Assembly (NCBI GenBank): GCA_029260905.1
Contig: JAJDCH010000009.1
Location: 26,498 to 90,497, forward strand
DNA: 64,000 nt
Direction: 5' to 3'
Source: Candidatus Levyibacteriota bacterium
GTDB lineage: Bacteria > Patescibacteriota > Microgenomatia > Levybacterales > UBA12049
Shown here: positions 35,036 to 43,644 of the stretch, one piece after another
How the letters are laid out: each line of letters opens with the position of its first letter
Position numbering within the stretch: position 1 is the first letter of the stretch
Made by a program: the position numbers and the translations under genes
Notes under the pieces: generated by a model
The model's database searches: none
Told to the model about the DNA's origin: nothing
Seen by the model: only the letters and a program-made list of their open reading frames with translations

Positions 35036-36397
35036 ATGGACCAGCACCCAATACCCCAAGATGTTACAGGCTTTCAATTTAAGCTTATTGGAAGCATGAC
35101 TGTAAAACAGTTTGGCTTTGTTGCAACTGGGGTTATAATGGCAGTTCTTTTCTACTACCTGCCACTTAGCGGGTTTTTTGGTATTCTTTTCAAGATTTTT
35201 GCAATTCCCTTTTTTGGAGCAAGTGGCTTTATAATTGCATTTGTACCAATTGATGGCAGGTCAATTGATGTAATGGTCGGAAATTTTACTAAAGCGCTTT
35301 TTTCTCCCAATCAGTACGTCTATCACAAACTCGGCAAAAAATTTAGCTTCTCAACAGTCAATACTCACAAGAGTCTTTTTGCCCAAAATCAAACCACCAG
35401 CTCTCATCCAAAACAAGAAGTAACACAAAAAACAGATCAGCTTCGATCATTTCTAAAAGAAAGCGTCAAATCAAAACCAAAAAGCGCATTAGATGAAAAA
35501 GAAGCTGCTTTTATCAGCTCTTTTGCTCCAGCACCTCAAACAACTCCCCAAGCGGCCATTTCTTCACATCCAACAAAAAACATACCCATGCTTCAGCAAG
35601 CACAACAAATACTGTCATCTATAAAGCCGGTTCAAACCATTACGCACCAAACACCTAACCAAACCCCTCAACAAACAAAAAAGGCCATCCAAGATACTAC
35701 AAATCCAATTGATCAAAATAACCCAACTAGTAAAAATGTGCCTGAGCATAATCAAGCACCAGCTGCAAAACCAATAGACGCAGAGCCTGACTCGCTTCAT
35801 AAACAAATTCAAGAAGCGCATAACCAAAAACTCAGACTAGAAAAAGAATTGGCTGATTTAAAAGCTCAACTAGGCACGCGTAAAACCCAACCAGAACCTG
35901 AACCATCTCAAGCAGCAACACAGATGTCTTCAACGACAACCACCCCTGCTCAACCAACAAAACCAACAGAAACAAACACTATGCCTGCTACACAGCCTCA
36001 ACAAGCGACAACGTCAGTTGCTCCAACACCAAGCTCAACACACGTAAGAAGTATTCCAAAAGAACAATCTAAAAAAATGGGTCTTCTCGCGCCAGATACT
36101 CCAAATGTCATAGTTGGTGTAGTCAAAGACGCCAGAGGCAATCTTCTCCCAAACGTGCTTGTTGAGGTCAAAGACAGGGAAGAAAACCCAGTTCGCGCAT
36201 TTAAAACAAATCCTCTTGGACAGTTTGTTTCAGCAACCCCTCTTTTACCGGGCGCGTATACAATAAGCCTTGAGGACCCCAAAAAACAACACACATTTGA
36301 TGAGATTCAGATAACGGCAGGCGGCCAAATCTTACCACCCATTGAGATAATTTCTTATGACGCCAGAGAACAACTAAGAAGAGAGTTGTTTAATTAA
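35036..36397 (+). CDS. PrgI/VirB3-like membrane domain fused to a Q/T/P-rich linker and a C-terminal carboxypeptidase-regulatory-like beta-sandwich domain
   Basis: N-terminus MDQHPIPQDVTGFQFKLIGSMTVKQFGFVATGVIMAVLFYYLP...FVPIDGRSIDVMVGNF matches the PrgI-family pattern; C-terminus VIVGVVKDARGNLLPNVLVEV...GAYTISL is CarboxypepD_reg-like. Start placed at the internal Met. Confidence 0.45.
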   Translation: MDQHPIPQDVTGFQFKLIGSMTVKQFGFVATGVIMAVLFYYLPLSGFFGILFKIFAIPFFGASGFIIAFVPIDGRSIDVMVGNFTKALFSPNQYVYHKLGKKFSFSTVNTHKSLFAQNQTTSSHPKQEVTQKTDQLRSFLKESVKSKPKSALDEKEAAFISSFAPAPQTTPQAAISSHPTKNIPMLQQAQQILSSIKPVQTITHQTPNQTPQQTKKAIQDTTNPIDQNNPTSKNVPEHNQAPAAKPIDAEPDSLHKQIQEAHNQKLRLEKELADLKAQLGTRKTQPEPEPSQAATQMSSTTTTPAQPTKPTETNTMPATQPQQATTSVAPTPSSTHVRSIPKEQSKKMGLLAPDTPNVIVGVVKDARGNLLPNVLVEVKDREENPVRAFKTNPLGQFVSATPLLPGAYTISLEDPKKQHTFDEIQITAGGQILPPIEIISYDAREQLRRELFN

Positions 36398-36409
36398 TTT
36401 ATATAACTT

Positions 36410-37093
36410 ATGCCTGTTCAAAAAGCACATGCTACAACGCAAAAATTTACAGAGATTGTTGACTTTGTCGACAATCTGGTAATCCTTGAGGGGGGAGCTG
36501 CTTGCCTTGTGATTGAAATAACAGCTAGCAACTTCTCGCTTCTATCCAGAAGAGAGCAGGATTCTCGTATTTTTTCTTACGCTTCGCTTCTTAATTCACT
36601 TTCTTTTCCAATACAAATACTTATCAGAAATAAAAAAATGGATATATCGCTTTATCTAAGAGAGCTAGATGCTGTTGTTAAAAGCACCAAAAACGAACAA
36701 CTGGCAACATATATTGATTATTATCGAGATTTTGTTCAGGAAATGGTGACAGTAAACGTTGTTTTAAACAAAGCTTTTTATATCGTCATTCCATTTTCAT
36801 CACTTGAGCTGGGCATTGGTGGAGCAACAAAACAAGCAACAAAAAAAGGCTCTCCAGCCCCATCTCAAAAAGATGTTTTTGCTCAAACAGCTGCAAAAGC
36901 TCTGCAATCAAAGGCAAGCTCAGTCCTTGGACAGCTTCAAAAATTTGCGGTAACAGCTCGTGTTCTTGAAAAGGAAGACCTAGTGAAGCTTTTTTATGAT
37001 ATATACAATGACGGCGCAAATATAGGAACTGAGCAGGTAAAAGATGCTGCAGATACTCCAATCATAAGAAAAGAAGGAGAAGTTCAAGCATGA
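36410..37093 (+). CDS. hypothetical protein, possibly the detached N-terminal domain of a split VirB4
   Basis: EIVDFVDNLVILEGGAACLVIEITASNFSLLSRREQDS resembles the VirB4 N-terminal region. ATGA overlap with the downstream VirB4 ATPase gene. Confidence 0.3.
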   Translation: MPVQKAHATTQKFTEIVDFVDNLVILEGGAACLVIEITASNFSLLSRREQDSRIFSYASLLNSLSFPIQILIRNKKMDISLYLRELDAVVKSTKNEQLATYIDYYRDFVQEMVTVNVVLNKAFYIVIPFSSLELGIGGATKQATKKGSPAPSQKDVFAQTAAKALQSKASSVLGQLQKFAVTARVLEKEDLVKLFYDIYNDGANIGTEQVKDAADTPIIRKEGEVQA

Positions 37094-39144
37094 AAATCCC
37101 ATTTTTAAATAAATCATCCAAACAAACACCCACCTCACAAGTGGTAAAAAAAGCGCAAGGCGTTCCCCAACAAAAAACTGCACCTCAGGTTGTAAAACCG
37201 CAACAAAATAAAGCTATTGCAACGCTTGAGAAGGGCGCAACGTCAGTTATTGACATAATAGCTCCCTCATCTGTTGAAGTTGACTTTCGTTATGTCAGGG
37301 TTGGCGAGACCTATTACACAACTCTTTTTCTCGCTGGCTATCCACGCTATGTTTCTCCAGGCTGGCTAACGCCAATTATTGATTATGACCATACATTGGA
37401 TATCAGCATGTTTATTTACCCAACCTCATCATCAGACGTTCTTAGTGATTTAAAAAGAAAAATTGGTGAAATGCAAGCAACTATTTCATCTGATGCAGAA
37501 GCAGGCAAAGCAACAGACCCGACAGTTGAGGCGGCGCTTGAAGACGCGCTTGGTCTTCAGGAAGAGCTAGCCAAGGGAGTTGAGAGATTCTTCCAGTTTG
37601 GTTTTTATATCACTGTTTCAGCAGGAGACCTGGGAGAACTCCAAGAAACAACCAAAGAATTAAAAACCACACTAAGCTCTCTTCTTCTTGCAGGCAAAAC
37701 AGCAACTCTTCAGTCAGAAGAAGGCTTTAAGTCAACTCTTCCAATCGGACAAGACAGGCTTTATATAACACGAAATATGGATACCACCTCTCTTGCAACC
37801 ACCTTTCCCTTCACATCAGCTGTTTTAACTCAAAATAAAGGCGTAATGTATGGAGTGAATCAACAGAATGGGTCACTTATCATCTTTGACAGATTTTCCC
37901 TTGAAAATGCCAATGAGGTGGTTCTTGGAAAATCTGGCGCGGGAAAATCTTACACAATTAAGCTTGAAATCGCCAGACAATTCATGCTTGGCGCAGAGGT
38001 TATTGTAATTGATCCTGAAGGAGAGTATGGAACACTTACTCCAACCCTCGGAGGTGAGACAGTTGATTTTTCATCAAACTCCGAAGTAAAACTAAACCCT
38101 TTTGACCTTGCAGATGTTTATGAAGAGGGCGAAAACCAATTGGGGTTGAAGATTCTTTCTCTACACGGACTTCTAAAAATAATCATGGGGGACATGGATG
38201 CAGAGCATGATGCTATTCTAGACAGAGCCTTAATTGAAACTTATCGTCAAAAGGGAATAACTACCGACCCTGCAACCCAAAAAAAACAACCCCCACTTAT
38301 GGAAGATCTTTATAAAGCGCTCCTTGGCATGGAAACACAAACTGCAAAAGACCTAGCTTTCAGGCTCGAGAAATTCATCAAAGGTTCTGCTGCTGGGATT
38401 TTTAATCAACAATCAAACTTCGTAATCGACAATCCTCTAACAGTTTTTTCAATCCGAAACCTTGAAGAGGAGTTAAGACCAGTTGCAATGCACATCATTC
38501 TTGATTTTGTCTGGACAAAGGTTAAAAAAACTCTTAAAAAAAGAATTCTGATCCTTGATGAAGCATGGTACATGATGAAATATCAGGACTCTGCATCGTT
38601 TGTCTACTCAATTGCAAAAAGAGCGCGTAAATACTACCTTGGCATGACCACGGCTACACAAGATGTCGAAGACTTTCTCAAAAACGAATATGGCAAGGCG
38701 GTTCTCACCAACTCATCAATCCAAATACTTCTTAAGCAAGGGACTGCTGAGGTCGATATGATCGCTGATACGTTTTATTTATCGGAGGGAGAAAAGGCCC
38801 TTCTTCTTTCATCTGATGTAGGGGAAGGACTTTTCTTTGCCGGACAAAACCATGTAACCATGAAGGTGTTTGCAGCGCCTTTTGAGCATGAATTGATAAC
38901 ATCCAATCCTCAAGAGGTTATGAAACGACAAGAAGAAGAAAAGGCAGAAAGAGACACTGAGGCAGCAGAGTCAGCTTCTCAAGCTCCACAAGCAGCACAG
39001 CAGACCACAACACAACAACCTAGCCCTCAGACAACACCACAAACACCTGCTCCTGAAGCGCCAGCTGCTCCCCAAGCCCAAAATTCCACAACTCCAACTA
39101 CTACACCTCCGGGTGTTCCCCCAACTGCTCAGCAGACATCATAG
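37090..39144 (+). CDS. VirB4/TrbE/CagE-family type IV secretion ATPase (ATPase portion) with Pro/Gln/Thr-rich C-terminal tail
   Basis: Walker A VVLGKSGAGKSYTIK, VIVIDPEGEY, Walker B RILILDEAW, and the upstream GYPRYVSPGWL region typical of VirB4. Confidence 0.7.
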   Translation: MKIPFLNKSSKQTPTSQVVKKAQGVPQQKTAPQVVKPQQNKAIATLEKGATSVIDIIAPSSVEVDFRYVRVGETYYTTLFLAGYPRYVSPGWLTPIIDYDHTLDISMFIYPTSSSDVLSDLKRKIGEMQATISSDAEAGKATDPTVEAALEDALGLQEELAKGVERFFQFGFYITVSAGDLGELQETTKELKTTLSSLLLAGKTATLQSEEGFKSTLPIGQDRLYITRNMDTTSLATTFPFTSAVLTQNKGVMYGVNQQNGSLIIFDRFSLENANEVVLGKSGAGKSYTIKLEIARQFMLGAEVIVIDPEGEYGTLTPTLGGETVDFSSNSEVKLNPFDLADVYEEGENQLGLKILSLHGLLKIIMGDMDAEHDAILDRALIETYRQKGITTDPATQKKQPPLMEDLYKALLGMETQTAKDLAFRLEKFIKGSAAGIFNQQSNFVIDNPLTVFSIRNLEEELRPVAMHIILDFVWTKVKKTLKKRILILDEAWYMMKYQDSASFVYSIAKRARKYYLGMTTATQDVEDFLKNEYGKAVLTNSSIQILLKQGTAEVDMIADTFYLSEGEKALLLSSDVGEGLFFAGQNHVTMKVFAAPFEHELITSNPQEVMKRQEEEKAERDTEAAESASQAPQAAQQTTTQQPSPQTTPQTPAPEAPAAPQAQNSTTPTTTPPGVPPTAQQTS

Positions 39145-39167
39145 AGCTTTTTTGCTACTATTAAACT

Positions 39168-40445
39168 ATGGACATTGAGAACAAATTACCAGAAGAAGAT
39201 CAATCAGAAGAACAAGAAAACAATGACCGATCTAGCCCCTCAAATCCCAGCTCCAATGGCAGGGGTGAAAAAAAGGAAGCCAAGAACGAAGTAAAACAAA
39301 ACAAAAAAGAAAATATTGACAAAAACGATCAAAAAGCTAAGGGCAAAGATGATGCTCTCAATCAACAACACAGCAAAGATAAAGGGCTAGGACTTTTAAG
39401 CAAAAAATTAAAGGCTGTTCGCGAAGCAAAAAGAGGAGAGAGGCTTAAGGCTGCAAAAACCTTAGCCAAAAGCGCAATCAAAAAAAAAGTTTTGCAAGCT
39501 GCTAAAAAAGGTCTTATTGCTGGTGGAAACACCATTGCGCCTGGACTTGGTACTGCTACAGGGTTTGCTATAGATCATCCCAAAACAGCTGCAATTATTG
39601 TTGTCTTGGCCATTACACTTCCAATTATAATATTAACTATGGTTTTTTCTGCATTTACCAGTTCTTTAAACACTTCTGGTGAGGGTGATTCCGTTTTTGT
39701 TTCAGGCTCTTGTCCACATGATGCGATTGCTGGCGGCGTGGCAGAATGTTCGATAAACGTTTCTTATCCTGGAGAAGCATCAGACATACTAATTTCAATT
39801 GACCTTCCACCTGGCACTGAATATATCGACTCTGTGCCTGAAGCCACTTTTGACGGCAAGACCATCTCGTGGAGTCTTATTGGCCCAAACCCCTTACCAA
39901 ACGCAAAACTAAGCAATGTCAACACAACCCTGCTTTTCCATCTACGTGGAAGTGGTGTTCCCTCGGCAAGCCTACCCATTGCTTACTCGATTGTTCCATT
40001 TGTTGAATCAGAAACCCCCATTCAAGAAGCATTAAACAATTCTGGTTGTGATGGATCAACCCCGAATAATCCTCATGGAAATTTTGGCAACCCAAATTGC
40101 GATTTTAATAAAAATGAATTGGGTAAAATTTTAAGAAGAGAAGACCCTGCCAACGCATACAAATGGGATGCAATAATAGCTTGTGAGAGTACATACAACC
40201 CAAACGCCTATAATCCAAATTCCTCTAGTGGAAAAGGGGCATATGGGCTTTTGCAGATGAATCCCGCACAACAAAGAACTGATATTTATAGATTTGATGC
40301 TGGAAATGTAAACTGGAACCCAGACAGTAGGCCACTTGGTGTTGCAGCAGGAGCACAGGTTACAAACGCAATAAACTATAATACTATTGGATTGAAAGGA
40401 AGTTTCAAGTATTGGGAATGTAGAAAGGCAGCTGGAATAAGATGA
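39168..40445 (+). CDS. membrane-anchored cell-wall hydrolase: DUF11-like repeat domain plus Rpf-type lysozyme-like transglycosylase domain (VirB1 functional analogue)
   Basis: K-rich N-terminus, TM (AAIIVVLAITLPIIILTMVF), DUF11-like SINVSYPGEASDILISIDLPPGTEYI, and C-terminal WDAIIACESTYNPNAYNP...GKGAYGLLQMNP resembling the Rpf transglycosylase-like domain. Confidence 0.5.
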   Translation: MDIENKLPEEDQSEEQENNDRSSPSNPSSNGRGEKKEAKNEVKQNKKENIDKNDQKAKGKDDALNQQHSKDKGLGLLSKKLKAVREAKRGERLKAAKTLAKSAIKKKVLQAAKKGLIAGGNTIAPGLGTATGFAIDHPKTAAIIVVLAITLPIIILTMVFSAFTSSLNTSGEGDSVFVSGSCPHDAIAGGVAECSINVSYPGEASDILISIDLPPGTEYIDSVPEATFDGKTISWSLIGPNPLPNAKLSNVNTTLLFHLRGSGVPSASLPIAYSIVPFVESETPIQEALNNSGCDGSTPNNPHGNFGNPNCDFNKNELGKILRREDPANAYKWDAIIACESTYNPNAYNPNSSSGKGAYGLLQMNPAQQRTDIYRFDAGNVNWNPDSRPLGVAAGAQVTNAINYNTIGLKGSFKYWECRKAAGIR

Positions 40446-40981
40446 TAAACATAGACAAAAAATACATTTTACTAGGAGCGCTTTTTTTAACTCTTGTGTT
40501 TGTGCTTGTGTTAATTGCAACCGGATCAGTCGGAGCGCCAGTTGCAGAGGACCAGTCAACAATTCCAACACAATCACCTATTGATGGCAATCTTGATCAA
40601 GCCAACACAATTCCACCCGTCACATACAATACTGATGCAAGTAAAAAACAGATTGAGAAAAAAGAAAACAGAATTCCTTTGACTCAATCTGATCTTGATG
40701 CCAAACAAGAAATTCTTTCCCTTCTGCCTGAAGGGCAGAGCTATGGAATTATTTATTCGTCAGAAAATTTCAATATTGAATACGTAGAGTCTTTAGATTT
40801 GATAAAGGTAGAAATTTTGTCAAACAGTATTGAAGATATTAAAACCGAAGCTGTTAACTGGTTTAGGGATCAAGGATTGAGCCAGGAGGGAGTTTGCAAC
40901 TATCCGGTTGATTTTTATCTAGGTTCTGGCGTTGTCCCGGATGGCGGAGAAATATTTAGCCCTATTGCGCCAGGTTGTTGA
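40442..40981 (+). CDS. hypothetical bitopic membrane protein (N-terminal TM plus about 150-aa external domain), possible VirB8/PrgL-like component
   Basis: Topology and size only; ATGA overlap with the upstream gene. Confidence 0.3.
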   Translation: MINIDKKYILLGALFLTLVFVLVLIATGSVGAPVAEDQSTIPTQSPIDGNLDQANTIPPVTYNTDASKKQIEKKENRIPLTQSDLDAKQEILSLLPEGQSYGIIYSSENFNIEYVESLDLIKVEILSNSIEDIKTEAVNWFRDQGLSQEGVCNYPVDFYLGSGVVPDGGEIFSPIAPGC

Positions 40982-40993
40982 GAGTTTTAAAAT

Positions 40994-41698
40994 TTGTTTA
41001 TGAGAAAAAAATTAAATATTTTGTTTATATTTTTAATGATCTCTGTTTTTTCAATCATTAACCCCCTAATTGTCTCTGCTCAGACGGGAATTGCTTGTAT
41101 TGATGTTTATTTTGACCCAGGCGCACCTAAACCAGATCCAGCAGAGGGTTGTCCTGATGTGGCTGCACCGGGAGAAATACCAAGCGCTGACAGGACAGCT
41201 CTTTTACAACAAATTTCTACTTTTATTAACAATGGCACCATCTCTTTTTCTCATGACAATGACAAAAACGCAATGCTTGGTAACGGTATTGTCCAGAGGA
41301 GGGTTGGAACCGGAACTGTAGAAATAAGCACTAAGGCGCTACGAATGTATGTTTATATGGCTAATCAGGGTTTTAAATTCAACGTTTCATCTATGATAGG
41401 AGGACACTCAAGGTGTGTTAAGGGGTCTAGTCCTTGCCGCGAATCTGCCCATTGGTCAGGAAGAGGAGTTGATATTAACAATATAAATGATTTTGATATA
41501 GACACAAACAGGTCTAGGGAATCCCAAAATACATTAAAAAATTTTATGATTGTTTTAAACAATATGCCGACAGAGATTTCCCCTCGTCAAATAATTTGCT
41601 CTGGCAATGGTGTGGTAGACTCCTCTGTCTTAGCTTTACAAAAGGGTGTAAGTGGTATTGTTGATGGGCACCTAGATCATGTTCATATAGGTTATTAA
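40994..41698 (+). CDS. secreted peptidase M15-family (VanY/endolysin-like D-Ala-D-Ala carboxypeptidase fold) cell-wall hydrolase
   Basis: Signal peptide; SAHWSGRGVDIN (S-x-H-x-x-G-x-x-x-D zinc motif) and C-terminal DHVHIGY. Confidence 0.45.
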   Translation: MFMRKKLNILFIFLMISVFSIINPLIVSAQTGIACIDVYFDPGAPKPDPAEGCPDVAAPGEIPSADRTALLQQISTFINNGTISFSHDNDKNAMLGNGIVQRRVGTGTVEISTKALRMYVYMANQGFKFNVSSMIGGHSRCVKGSSPCRESAHWSGRGVDINNINDFDIDTNRSRESQNTLKNFMIVLNNMPTEISPRQIICSGNGVVDSSVLALQKGVSGIVDGHLDHVHIGY

Positions 41699-41699
41699 T

Positions 41700-42284
41700 A
41701 TGGATAAAGTGAACTTTCTCAAAAAAAATAAATGGATATTCAGCTTGGTTGTGTTTATTGTTTTTTTGCTGGGCGCATTCTCACTTATTCCATCAAGCAC
41801 CAATCAATTTCCTGAAGAAATTACCCCCACCAGATCTCCTGAGTCAAGTCAAAATGGGTTTTCTGAAGAAGATCCAAAAAATTTTGCTCATGAATATGAG
41901 TTTGATCCCTTAATCGTAGAAGGAGCGACCAATCAAGAGGTATTAACAGACGGAACAATAATATATTCTGTTCCTTCAGAAAACCCAAACCGACCAGATG
42001 AAGTTTATGTAAAAAATGGTCTTATTGTTTTTAAAAGTGTATATATTCCCATAAGCTGGACTATGAAGCTTTCTGAGCTTGTAGAATTTACGGGTGATCC
42101 TCCGTGGATTTTTGAAGGGTCTAAATATTATGGTGACACAATAAGGGTTTATGTTTACCCTGATATGGGGCTTGCATTGATTGTGGATGAAGATAAAGAT
42201 TTAGTGTTGGAGCAACACCTTTTTGACCCCATGCCTGTTGAGCAATACATTGAAAGGTATGGGGAGGATATCCCTGCGCGTTAG
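41700..42284 (+). CDS. hypothetical bitopic membrane protein
   Basis: N-terminal TM WIFSLVVFIVFLLGAFSLIP; no motif. Confidence 0.35.
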   Translation: MDKVNFLKKNKWIFSLVVFIVFLLGAFSLIPSSTNQFPEEITPTRSPESSQNGFSEEDPKNFAHEYEFDPLIVEGATNQEVLTDGTIIYSVPSENPNRPDEVYVKNGLIVFKSVYIPISWTMKLSELVEFTGDPPWIFEGSKYYGDTIRVYVYPDMGLALIVDEDKDLVLEQHLFDPMPVEQYIERYGEDIPAR

Positions 42285-43396
42285 TTTTGCTGTACTTTTA
42301 CCGGCATTATTATATGAAGAAATGAGGGATCGTCTTTTATTTTGAAAACTCCTGGATTTAGGGGGCCTGTCATTTCAAAAACAAGTTCTTTTGAGTTTAT
42401 GGTAGATAGGGCTTCTTGCAGGTAGCGCGCGTTAAAAGCTATTTCATTGTCCTCTCCCTTCATGTTTGCCTCCACTTCTACTTCATTTTCTCCTGTTGAT
42501 GTTGATTGAGAAGATATTGTTATTTTATTTTTTCCAAAAGATAATTTAATAATATTTGCTCCATCTCTTGCAAAAACAGAGCATGTTTTAACAGCTCTTT
42601 GCATTTCTTCTCTGTCAAAAGAAACATTTAATGAAAAATCGGTGGGAATTATTTTTTCAAAATTAGGGTATGTGGCCTCAATTAATCTTCCCACAAGCAC
42701 ACTTTCTCCTTGTTCGAAAAGTAGCTGATTGTTGTCTGTCGACACATACATTCCTACCTCTTCCGAATCATCATTTATAGATAATAGTTCTTTAAACACT
42801 CTGGCAGGAACTATAAAAGGTGTTTTGTTGTTTAATTTTTTTGTTTTTGTTTTGTGGTGTTTTAAAGACAAACGATAACCATCTGTTGCTACAAGAAGAA
42901 ACCCTTCTTCTTCTGGTCTTAAAAGAACACCTGACAAGGCAGGTCTTGTGGTGTCTGTGCTTGCCGAAAAAATAACTTGAGAGAAATCTTTCTGTCCTTC
43001 TTCTTTATTAAAATTTGTTATTTTTTCTCCTTTTTCTTTATATATATTTGGGAATTCTTCTTCATTAATTGTTTGGAAGGTGCTTTTTGTTTTTTTTGTA
43101 CTCACAGTAAGGGAGGTTTTGTTTTTTGTTTCTATGGTTATGGTTTCTTCATTAAGAGAACTAACCAATTCTATAAATGTTCTTGCGGGTATTGTTATTT
43201 CTCCTTCCTCTTCTATTTTTGCAGGTATTTTGGTTTCTATGCCTATTTCTAAATCAGTAGCTGTTATTTTCAATTCTTTACCTTGTGCTCGTATAAGAAT
43301 ATTTAAAAGGATTGGTAGTTGCCCCTTGCTGGAAACAGCATGATTTACAAAAGAAAGTTTGTTTTTTAAAATGTTTGTTAAAACCTGTATCTTCAT
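42281..43396 (-). CDS. dnaN: DNA polymerase III beta sliding clamp
   Basis: MKIQVLTNILKNKLSFVNHAVSSKGQLPILLNILI...ATDLEIGIE, the three-domain clamp pattern; downstream of dnaA. Confidence 0.85.
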   Translation of the reverse strand: MKIQVLTNILKNKLSFVNHAVSSKGQLPILLNILIRAQGKELKITATDLEIGIETKIPAKIEEEGEITIPARTFIELVSSLNEETITIETKNKTSLTVSTKKTKSTFQTINEEEFPNIYKEKGEKITNFNKEEGQKDFSQVIFSASTDTTRPALSGVLLRPEEEGFLLVATDGYRLSLKHHKTKTKKLNNKTPFIVPARVFKELLSINDDSEEVGMYVSTDNNQLLFEQGESVLVGRLIEATYPNFEKIIPTDFSLNVSFDREEMQRAVKTCSVFARDGANIIKLSFGKNKITISSQSTSTGENEVEVEANMKGEDNEIAFNARYLQEALSTINSKELVFEMTGPLNPGVFKIKDDPSFLHIIMPVKVQQN

Positions 43397-43644
43397 ATAA
43401 CTATTTTAGTTGTTGTAGTAGTCTATCTGGAAAAGTGGAAAAAATCAACTTATAAATATCTTATAAAGAAATTTATATAAATTAGTTTATCCACCAAATC
43501 AACCTTTTTTTTTAAAAAAACAAAATATAATAATGCCAAACCTCATTAAACCATAGGCATAAAAAATGTGGATAAAATGTTTAAATCTTTCTGTATAAAA
43601 TGTTAACAAAAAAATAACAAAAACTTCTTAACAAATTATCCACG
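43397..43644. other. oriC-type region: AT-rich dnaA-dnaN intergenic spacer with three DnaA boxes
   Basis: TTATCCACC at 43487-43495; TGTGGATAA (perfect reverse-complement consensus) at 43567-43575; TTATCCACG at 43636-43644 overlapping the dnaA stop; T10A7 tract at about 43496-43515. Confidence 0.7.

Noticed and set aside
38940-39140. Pro/Gln/Thr-rich low-complexity coding regions (also 35400-36060) considered as DNA-level tandem repeats
   Set aside because: There is no exact nucleotide periodicity. This is compositional bias in disordered linker and tail regions, not a repeat element.
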